Source: Candidatus Aenigmatarchaeota archaeon (lineage in GTDB: Archaea; Aenigmatarchaeota; Aenigmatarchaeia; GW2011-AR5; JACRAC01). From it: DNA of 64,000 nucleotides. The stretch covers positions 62,345 through 126,344 of the forward strand of contig JACPJV010000006.1 in NCBI GenBank assembly GCA_016187395.1, in the 5' to 3' direction. How positions within the stretch are numbered: the stretch's first letter is position 1; each line of letters opens with the position of its first letter. The notes beneath the pieces were generated by a model, which worked only from the letters and a program-made list of their open reading frames with translations, did not search any database and had not been told where the DNA came from. The translations under genes and the position numbers were made by a program. Below are positions 57,070-64,000 of this stretch, piece after piece.

Positions 57070-58131
57070 ATGAAATCTTACAGCAATCTGTATGGTCAGC
57101 TATGCTCTATGGAGAATCTGAAGCTGGCGTACAAAAAGGCGCGGAAAAGCAAAGTCTCCAGGTGGTATGTTAAGGAATTTGAAACGGATTTAAGCCGGAA
57201 TCTGTTGCAGTTGCAAAAAGAATTGCAGGAGATGAGCTATGAGCCAAGACCGCTAACACAATTTGTAATCAAAGACCCGAAAACGCGGATAATCTCCGCC
57301 TCCAATTTCCGCGACAGAGTTGTTCATCACGCTTTATGCAACATTATAGAACCAATTTTCGATAAAATATTCATATACGATTCTTATGCCAACAGAAAAG
57401 GCAAAGGCACGCACGCAGCGTTGAAGAGATTTGATTGTTTCAGGCGAAAGGTTTCTCAGAATGGCAGATTATTGCCAAACGCCAGAGACAACAACCAAGT
57501 TTTTGGTTATGCATTGAAGGCAGACGTAAAGCACTATTTCGATTCAGTGGACCACGAGGTAATGATGCAGATAATAAGAAGGAAAATCAAGGATGAGAGC
57601 GTCCTCTGGCTGATAAGGAAAATTCTGGATAATCACAATTGCAAAACACCGGGCAAAGGCATGCCCATAGGCAATTTGACAAGCCAGTTCTTTGCAAACG
57701 TGTATCTGAATGAACTGGATTATTTTGTAAAGCATCATCTCAATGCCAAATACTATGTTCGTTACGTTGACGATTTTGTCATACTGGATGCCCCAAAGCA
57801 GCGCCTTGAATTCTATAATGCACAAATAAAGGAATTCCTAAAATCAATAAAGCTTGAACTTCACCCGGAAAAATCCAAGGTTATGCCGCTGCATGCCGGA
57901 GTCAAGCTCCTTGGATTCAGGGTTTTCTACAGATACAAACTGCCAAAGAAAAGCAATCTGAGAAGAATAACGAACAGAATAAACGGTTTTATTGATTTGT
58001 ACAGAGAGGGCATTATGGACAAGGCAGAAATTCTTGAACGAGTGGAGGGATGGAATGCCTATGCGATTCATGCAAATACCTATAAGCTAAGAAAGCAGAT
58101 GATGAAAAATTTACGAAAATCTTTGCGATAG
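57070..58131 (+). CDS. DGR-type reverse transcriptase
   Basis: RT motifs: RVVHHALCNIIEPIF, YALKADVKHYFDSVDH (motif A), YVRYVDDFVIL (YxDD), and the DGR-specific IGNLTSQ motif (MPIGNLTSQFFANVYLN). Confidence 0.85.
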   Translation: MKSYSNLYGQLCSMENLKLAYKKARKSKVSRWYVKEFETDLSRNLLQLQKELQEMSYEPRPLTQFVIKDPKTRIISASNFRDRVVHHALCNIIEPIFDKIFIYDSYANRKGKGTHAALKRFDCFRRKVSQNGRLLPNARDNNQVFGYALKADVKHYFDSVDHEVMMQIIRRKIKDESVLWLIRKILDNHNCKTPGKGMPIGNLTSQFFANVYLNELDYFVKHHLNAKYYVRYVDDFVILDAPKQRLEFYNAQIKEFLKSIKLELHPEKSKVMPLHAGVKLLGFRVFYRYKLPKKSNLRRITNRINGFIDLYREGIMDKAEILERVEGWNAYAIHANTYKLRKQMMKNLRKSLR

Positions 58132-58189
58132 TTCTCGTCATCTCATTTTCTTACTCTCCCTTCTCGCCCTTTCTCTGGCGAGAATGCAA

Positions 58190-58468
58190 CTACGCAAGGC
58201 GCTTTTCAATATATTCATCTATTTCCTTTTTCTTGCGCGAGTTGAGGGAAAGCTCAAGCCCGTAGTGCGTAGGCTTCGTAATTACCCATTCGAGTCTGGA
58301 AAGCTCGCTTATCACGTCTTTGAGCACAGACGTGTCGCGTTCATGAGGAGGCAAGCCGCCAACCAGATGGTTGATATTCATGTGTTTATGAGTCCAGCAC
58401 GCGCGGTCATACATTCTTTTTAAGACAGGAAGCTTCATTTTCTCATGCAGGCTTGCCATGCAGACCAA
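58190..58468 (-). CDS. hypothetical protein (92 aa)
   Basis: ORF only. Confidence 0.3.
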   Translation of the reverse strand: MVCMASLHEKMKLPVLKRMYDRACWTHKHMNINHLVGGLPPHERDTSVLKDVISELSRLEWVITKPTHYGLELSLNSRKKKEIDEYIEKRLA

Positions 58469-58528
58469 CTACAAATATATAACTACAAATCGTTAATTCA
58501 AATTAATGAATTGTAGTCTTTAAATAGT

Positions 58529-58891
58529 TTGCATGACAATGGAAAAATGATAGGCATGAAAGACAGCATCTTTGTGAACTATTTTGGCGACAGCCCCCTT
58601 GTGCGTATCCTGAACTTCCTTATCATAAGCAAGGATTTCGACTATTCCATGACTGACATAGCCAAAGGAGCGGGAGTTGGTTGGACCTCTTTCACGCGTG
58701 CATGGAAAATACTCGAGAAGAAAAACGCAATCGTGCAGACTCGTACAATAGGGCGTGCAAAATTGTACAAATTAAACACGGCTGACCCTACCGTGCAAAA
58801 GCTTGTAAAATTGCACTGGGAGATTATAAAGTCCGAGACAGACAAGATTTTTGGGAAGAAGCTTCCGGTAATGGTGCCGGGTAGGGTGTAG
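58529..58891 (+). CDS. winged helix-turn-helix transcriptional regulator candidate
   Basis: SPLVRILNFLI...DYSMTDIAKGAGVGWTSFTRAWKILEKKNAIVQTRTIGRAKLYKLN resembles an archaeal wHTH DNA-binding domain. Confidence 0.45.
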   Translation: MHDNGKMIGMKDSIFVNYFGDSPLVRILNFLIISKDFDYSMTDIAKGAGVGWTSFTRAWKILEKKNAIVQTRTIGRAKLYKLNTADPTVQKLVKLHWEIIKSETDKIFGKKLPVMVPGRV

Positions 58892-59005
58892 AAAAAATTG
58901 GTTCGGAAATTTCACTCCCCCTTCTCAGGCGAGACGTAAGAATGTTATCCCCCGCGCATGAGCAGCATGCCTAATTTAATTGTTTAAAAAGCCAACGAGA
59001 AGTTC

Positions 59006-59449
59006 TCATCTTTTCCCGAAAGGGTCCACGGCATGTATCCACGGGACTTTGATGTCCTTTACGTTTTCCGTGTATAGATTCAGAACGCCATTTTGCTTCA
59101 TCGTCGCAGCCAGAAGCGAATCCCAGTAAGGCATGTTGTATTCATCTGAGATTCTTGCCGCCTCAACAACCGTCTTATGGCTGAAGTCTATCTTCACCCA
59201 TCCGGAAAAATCGACAATGTCGCTAATGAAGTTCAGGGCTTCTTTTTTGGTCAGAAGTTTTTTTGTCGTGGTCACTGAAAAGAACTCTGAGAGATTCTGT
59301 GATGATACAGCAAATATTTCATCACGGGAAAAGCACCTGTCAATGAGCCTCTTTGCTATTGCATGCTTTACGGAGTCTGCAGCGTCGTGGTAGTAAACCA
59401 CAATATTTGTGTCAATTAGAAATAGCTCACCCTCTGTCATAGAGTTCAT
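59006..59449 (-). CDS. vapC: PIN-domain toxin (VapC)
   Basis: LFLIDTNIVVYY N-terminal PIN signature. 147 aa. Confidence 0.65.
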   Translation of the reverse strand: MNSMTEGELFLIDTNIVVYYHDAADSVKHAIAKRLIDRCFSRDEIFAVSSQNLSEFFSVTTTKKLLTKKEALNFISDIVDFSGWVKIDFSHKTVVEAARISDEYNMPYWDSLLAATMKQNGVLNLYTENVKDIKVPWIHAVDPFGKR

Positions 59450-59669
59450 CCCTTTTGAACTTCCAGTTTTTCGGCAGTTTGTACAGGCCTTTTTCGCTTA
59501 GTTTCATCTGTCTTTCTGCTATCTCCTTCTGCTTCTTCTCTTCAGCCCATTTTTCCATGGCCTCTGTGATAGCTCTGCCTAAATCGCCCTTCCTTCCGCC
59601 CTGCTCTTTGACAATTTCCCTGAATTCCTTTTCCACCCTGTCTTCCACTGTTATGGTTATAGTACCCAT
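59427..59669 (-). CDS. vapB: VapB-like antitoxin
   Basis: MGTITITVEDRVEKEFREIV... small DNA-binding-like N-terminus. Overlaps the vapC start by 23 nt. Confidence 0.5.
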   Translation of the reverse strand: MGTITITVEDRVEKEFREIVKEQGGRKGDLGRAITEAMEKWAEEKKQKEIAERQMKLSEKGLYKLPKNWKFKRDELYDRG

Positions 59670-59766
59670 ACGAATCACAGATATACGTAGAAAATGAAAA
59701 TATTTAAAGGTTTCTAAGATGTAAGTTTTTTGGAGAGTTCGCTAACTTTACAGCTCGCAAATGTTT

Positions 59767-60000
59767 TTATCCTTTCTCCCCCTTTTCAGGCGAGACGTAG
59801 AGGATATTGTCCCCGCGAACAAGCAGAGTGCCCAGCTTTATCGTGGATCCGTCTTCATTTGTCTGTTCTGCGCTTTCAAGCCACATATTCAGATGCAGGT
59901 CCAGTGCCTGGAGGATTCCTGATATCTCGGCCCCTTTCTTCAGCTTTATGAGCACCCTCCTTCCCTTCGCGTTGTTCAGAACGTCTATTGGTCTCTCCAT
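59767..60000 (-). CDS. archaeal Sm-like protein (SmAP/LSm)
   Basis: Sm1/Sm2 motifs: VLIKLKKGAEISGILQALDLHLNMWL and KLGTLLVRGDNILYVS. Confidence 0.75.
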   Translation of the reverse strand: MERPIDVLNNAKGRRVLIKLKKGAEISGILQALDLHLNMWLESAEQTNEDGSTIKLGTLLVRGDNILYVSPEKGEKG

Positions 60001-60340
60001 TCAAACCACAAACAAAAATTTCTTATTGCTCTGATGCATATGCATGCTTAAATAAGTTTATGCATACGTGGCTATGTGCCAAAACTAACCTTTCTATATT
60101 TTACAAAACATTAAGGCGGAAAATCGAAGCCTTCTGCTTGTTTGTCGAACCTTGATATGGCTAACAAACGCATTTGATATCGTTTCTAAATAGGAATGAG
60201 TTTTTACATAATCTGCTACTGGATATATCTTTCGAAGTATAGGGTTCTGTCAACTTAGCGCATGATTTCATTGAATCAAGAAGCAGGGAAGCATTTTGTA
60301 GAGGCTTCTATCTATCATACCCTAAGTAAACGCATTCGTC

Positions 60341-60847
60341 CTACTTCATTTTCTTGTAAGCCAGTCCTATTATCGCTACAACCACGATCACTGCGATTAT
60401 ACCAATCAGGGAATCAGCGCTTAATCCCGGCGCAATCCCGCTCAAAAACGGCTGGAAATACTGCCAGCTGGCGTATGCGGCTATGAGAAGAACAGCCAGC
60501 GCAACCATCGCAGGCCATACATCAGTTGTTTGTCCTTCCTTCTTCTTTCCGGGCGAGAATATCTTGTAGATGAACACAACAAAGAACAGTAGGATAAGCA
60601 CTATCGTTACTATCGGCAGCGCCGTCTGCAAAAACGAAAGAAACGGAGAATAACTTGCTGATATCAAGCCGATTACTAATGCGATTAGCGCAAGGATGCG
60701 GCGGTCCGCTTTTTCAACTGCATTCCCCTGTTTATCCTTTTTTACAAACATCCCTGAATAAGAAAGCAGCGCAAAAACCACGGCAAACACGAGCAGAAAC
60801 GCCGACAAGAAAAGCGTCTCTCCGGCAAAAGCAGCATGAAACGGCAT
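60341..60847 (-). CDS. polytopic membrane protein (168 aa), hypothetical
   Basis: 4-5 predicted TM helices. Confidence 0.4.
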   Translation of the reverse strand: MPFHAAFAGETLFLSAFLLVFAVVFALLSYSGMFVKKDKQGNAVEKADRRILALIALVIGLISASYSPFLSFLQTALPIVTIVLILLFFVVFIYKIFSPGKKKEGQTTDVWPAMVALAVLLIAAYASWQYFQPFLSGIAPGLSADSLIGIIAVIVVVAIIGLAYKKMK

Positions 60848-60889
60848 TCAACACACCTCATTCGCTATATCGTCTTGCATATCGTACAC

Positions 60890-61504
60890 CTACATGAATC
60901 TCCTGGCATTGAGAAGCCTTTTCCTCTCACCTTTCAATTCAATCAGCAGTTTTCTAAGCGTATCTGCTTCGTCCTTGCTGCCTGCAGCTCGTGCGCTGAT
61001 CAAATCAGCCTCTGTTTCCCTGATCTCCTCATTTAGTTCCTTCATCCTTCTGTTCGATTCCACATCCAGCCTCGCCTCCAGTCCTGTAGGTATAGGATGC
61101 TCGCCCCTTCTATGCCTATGGCTTAGCTGCAGGGGAAATCCCTGGGCCCTTTCCTGTCTTGGCGCACCGCCTTCACCGCGCCTGAAGTGGCTTGGAATGA
61201 AGTAGAGCAGTCCCAGGACGATTATCAGGAAGAGGAAGTAAGGCCCTGCGAACAGTGCAAAGGCAGCGAACCAGCTGTTTATGACCATGTAGAGGAATAT
61301 TGCCAGGCCAAAGAGCAGCCTTAGCCAGGGCGCGCCGTGCAAGGGCATGCGACCGAGCAGTTGGTAGATGAAGAAAATTATGAATACCATGGGTATGAAG
61401 AAAAACTGCACCACGTCCTGCACAGGGTTGCCTGTGAAGGGCGAGCCCGGGTATTGCTGTATCTGCAGCACTTCCCTGAACAGGATGTACAGGAAATCAG
61501 CCAT
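60890..61504 (-). CDS. membrane protein with C-terminal coiled-coil (204 aa), hypothetical
   Basis: Three TM helices, then a charged heptad-like C-terminus. Confidence 0.4.
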   Translation of the reverse strand: MADFLYILFREVLQIQQYPGSPFTGNPVQDVVQFFFIPMVFIIFFIYQLLGRMPLHGAPWLRLLFGLAIFLYMVINSWFAAFALFAGPYFLFLIIVLGLLYFIPSHFRRGEGGAPRQERAQGFPLQLSHRHRRGEHPIPTGLEARLDVESNRRMKELNEEIRETEADLISARAAGSKDEADTLRKLLIELKGERKRLLNARRFM

Positions 61505-61642
61505 GACTATGCATTGCCTAGGACAATAAAAAGAATATGGATAGTGAACTGATCAAAAAAGCCCCAATAGAAACCTTTAAATACTTGTCGCCTTATCAAT
61601 AAGGTTGGCATTAAAAAGTCACTATTATATAGTAATCAAGAA

Positions 61643-62443
61643 ATGGTGAGAAAAATGGACAAAAAGAACAATGGACCAAAAAGGAGAGAGCCTATAGACG
61701 TCTACCTGGCAGAGCTTGAGGTACATATAGGGGTAAGAGGGCTCGATGAAGACCCGACGTTCGATTCAAGCTGGAGACGTGTCAAAGAGGAAATAGAATC
61801 ATTAAAAGCAAGGGCATTGGGAGACGGTCTTCTGGGATTCGGGCCGCGCAGGGTTTTGGACGCAGACCTTGCAAGGGAAATACCCAGAGCAGTAAGAACA
61901 GGAAGCCCCCTGGCACTAGGTTTCGTAGACGTAGACAAATTTGGAGATTTTAACAACAGATACGGTCACGAAGTAGGCGATCAAGTATTGATAGCAGTGG
62001 GCATGGCAATCAGAAATTCCACACGACCAGAAGACTACCTCTTCAGGCCTGGAGGCGACGAATTGGCATACCTTCTGCCAAGGGCTGACCTGAAAGGAGC
62101 AGAAGTAGTGGCACGAAGAATAAAGGATCATATGGAAGATTATCCGGTGAAGGTTGGAGACAAGAGAATTCCAATTACTCTAAGCCAGGGCGTGACTTAT
62201 TGGGATCCGAAAATACTCCGCACATCCGTATATCCTGGTGAACTTACCCCGGAAATTGTTGAAGGGGTTTCTTCCAGAATCCTCACGCAGGCTGATTTAG
62301 CCGCGTATGCATGCAAGGAAAACGGAAGAGACGGAATATACGCCTGGATAGGCGGAGAGCCTCCAAGGAACAAGGAACTTTTTGATGCCTTGATGAGGGA
62401 AAGACCGGATTTAATGCAAAGCTTCCTCAGGAGGGTTGTATGA
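61643..62443 (+). CDS. GGDEF-domain (diguanylate-cyclase-like) protein with GGDEL variant motif
   Basis: LALGFVDVDKFGDFNNRYGHEVGDQVLIAVGMAI...RPGGDELAYLL follows the GGDEF-domain pattern (D.D.FK.INDTYGH..GD.VL......RYGG[DE]EF). Confidence 0.5.
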   Translation: MVRKMDKKNNGPKRREPIDVYLAELEVHIGVRGLDEDPTFDSSWRRVKEEIESLKARALGDGLLGFGPRRVLDADLAREIPRAVRTGSPLALGFVDVDKFGDFNNRYGHEVGDQVLIAVGMAIRNSTRPEDYLFRPGGDELAYLLPRADLKGAEVVARRIKDHMEDYPVKVGDKRIPITLSQGVTYWDPKILRTSVYPGELTPEIVEGVSSRILTQADLAAYACKENGRDGIYAWIGGEPPRNKELFDALMRERPDLMQSFLRRVV

Positions 62444-62459
62444 AGATTTTAAATAGATT

Positions 62460-62885
62460 TTGGAGTTTGAATTGTATGGGTGTGGTGATATGACTGATGC
62501 AGATAGGGCAGAAGACGCAAGAAAATACGCTGAAAGAGCGTCCGCAGTACTAGAAGAGGATGTTATAGCACATCCATTATATTCTGGAAGGTTTCCTGGG
62601 GAAACAGTGGTAATCAGGGGGTATGAGAGTCTTGATGAAGTTCCCCACGAAGTTGTGTTACAAAAACCGTACGTTATTGCTGATCTGCCAGTTCCTCCAG
62701 GCGAAGTATATGCAGGAACAGCATATACGTACAGGCAGATAGTTGATCTTCTGCTTGACAGACTGGATGAAGAACGGGAATCTATACCGCCAGAGGAAAA
62801 AGTACTGAGAATGAAAGTTTCGGTGATCAAAGCAAAAGAACCCGGAGAAAAGGAAAACCCTGCAGTAGCTGGTGTAAGGGATTAA
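62460..62885 (+). CDS. hypothetical acidic protein (141 aa)
   Basis: ORF only. Confidence 0.3.
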   Translation: MEFELYGCGDMTDADRAEDARKYAERASAVLEEDVIAHPLYSGRFPGETVVIRGYESLDEVPHEVVLQKPYVIADLPVPPGEVYAGTAYTYRQIVDLLLDRLDEERESIPPEEKVLRMKVSVIKAKEPGEKENPAVAGVRD

Positions 62886-62930
62886 TTCATCCCAACACAT
62901 TCCCGCAACCCGCTCTGCGCCATAAGGCTT

Positions 62931-63350
62931 TCATCCAGGCACGCGGAATTTTTCCAAGCTTATGCGCTTTATGCCTCTCACATTGCCAAAATCCGGATCT
63001 TCGGTAAGGATTTCATGGATTCCATGGTTGCGCATCGTTGCCATGTGTATCGAATCCCTTGGCTTCATCTTTTCGTGGCGCATTATTTCCAGCGCATCCA
63101 GAAATATCCCGCGCGTGGCGTTGTAGATTTCAAGGTCAGGAAGAAGAAAGAAACTTTGCGTGGCTATCAGTGCGGATTCCATGCCTATTTGTTTGCGGAG
63201 TTCCCATACAACCTCATCGAAGGTCAGAACAGAGGATGCAGCCTGCAGCTTGCCGCTCTGTACAGCCTGGATCACTTCCCGTGCCCTTTCGCCCTTGGCT
63301 GTGCCTGCACCTGCAGCATATATGAAAACATTCGCATCCAGATAAATCAT
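62931..63350 (-). CDS. vapC: PIN-domain toxin (VapC)
   Basis: Internal start MIYLDANVFIYAAG. Conserved Asp residues. Confidence 0.6.
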   Translation of the reverse strand: MIYLDANVFIYAAGAGTAKGERAREVIQAVQSGKLQAASSVLTFDEVVWELRKQIGMESALIATQSFFLLPDLEIYNATRGIFLDALEIMRHEKMKPRDSIHMATMRNHGIHEILTEDPDFGNVRGIKRISLEKFRVPG

Positions 63351-63426
63351 GACACACCTCATTGCCGCCGAAGGCAGTGAATCGCTATGACCCGCCACCT
63401 CATCAGCTGCTTCGCCTGTTGGCGGT

Positions 63427-63687
63427 TCATCGCACTCCGATTCCTGCCCTTTTTAGTCTTTCCCTGATTTCCTCCTCGTAGGATTCGTCAGGCCTGAGAA
63501 CAAAAGGTTTTTTCGGAAGTTTTCGGAGTATGCCAACTACGTCCACACGCGGCTTTGCAATGACCAGTTTTCCTTCTTCCTCGCGGAAAACCACGCTCGA
63601 CCCTGAATTTATATTGTATTCGTTTCTGAAGACCTTTGGTATCACAACCTGGCCCTTGATGCCCACCTTTGTCCTGATTTCAACCAT
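63427..63687 (-). CDS. vapB: AbrB/MazE/SpoVT-family antitoxin (VapB)
   Basis: GIKGQVVIPKVFR swapped-hairpin motif. Upstream partner of the PIN gene. Confidence 0.6.
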   Translation of the reverse strand: MVEIRTKVGIKGQVVIPKVFRNEYNINSGSSVVFREEEGKLVIAKPRVDVVGILRKLPKKPFVLRPDESYEEEIRERLKRAGIGVR

Positions 63688-63872
63688 CGTTCACACACCT
63701 CACGGTTGCTTGCAGCGGAGGCGAAATGCACGTTGCCGCAGCAACGTGCCATTCACTCGCCGTGCATACGCTTTCATACCTGAGTTATACCAAGTAATAC
63801 TCATGTATCCTTAAATGCTTTTCGGCTAGAATGCAAACTGACGCTCCTGCAGGAGCGTCCATTCTCGCATAC

Positions 63873-64000
63873 TCACCCCATCACGTTCTTCACAATCTCC
63901 TCAGCATCGAATTCCTTCAGGTCTTCGTAGTTTTGTCCAACGCCCAAAAAAAGCACAGGCTTCTTTATCGTGAATGCCGCGCTTATGGCAGCACCGCCTT
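63873..64000 (-). CDS. SRP-family GTPase (FtsY/SRP54) C-terminal fragment; gene continues beyond window end
   Basis: Reverse-strand read ...AFTIKKPVLFLGVGQNYEDLKEFDAEEIVKNVMG* matches the conserved C-terminus of FtsY/SRP54 (P[IV].FIG.GE...DL..FD.E.FV). Confidence 0.5.
   Translation of the reverse strand, partial: GGAAISAAFTIKKPVLFLGVGQNYEDLKEFDAEEIVKNVMG

Overview
This 64-kb window is most consistent with an archaeal chromosome. It carries archaeal ribosomal and RNA-polymerase clusters (rps13-rps4-rps11-rpoD...rpl18e; rpl7ae-rps28e; rps27e-aIF2alpha-nop10; rpl37e), an archaeal-type GluRS, an Sm protein and two intron-containing tRNAs. The tRNA intron positions, toxin-antitoxin (TA) density, DGR and giant surface protein suggest a small-genome (DPANN-like) lineage, but that is inference. 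No tools were available, so every call rests on ORF translations and motifs recognised by eye.

Main accessory content:
- A ~20-kb co-directional minus-strand locus (15.7-35.6 kb). It encodes a FlaI/VirB11/TadA-family secretion ATPase whose P-loop is split by a 624-aa LAGLIDADG intein, a TadC/FlaJ-like platform protein, pilin-like small proteins, and a 3,638-aa cell-surface protein. That protein has a signal peptide and C-terminal TM anchor and carries a lytic-transglycosylase (SLT) domain, a YWTD-like beta-propeller and a discoidin domain.
- A diversity-generating retroelement (56.3-58.1 kb): an RT with the IGNLTSQ motif, a TR/VR pair that differs almost only at TR adenines, and a VR-side GC hairpin. 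The TR is ~85 nt longer than the VR.
- An apparent ~3.9-kb insertion between rpoD and rpl18e. It carries a tRNA, a sigma-70 region-2-like protein, a methyltransferase and a retropepsin-like protease.
- At least seven putative toxin-antitoxin pairs.
- Several families of short palindromic / MITE-like repeats confined to intergenic regions. One pair of copies shows compensatory base changes in a hairpin.
- A GGDEF-like domain protein, which is unusual in an archaeon.
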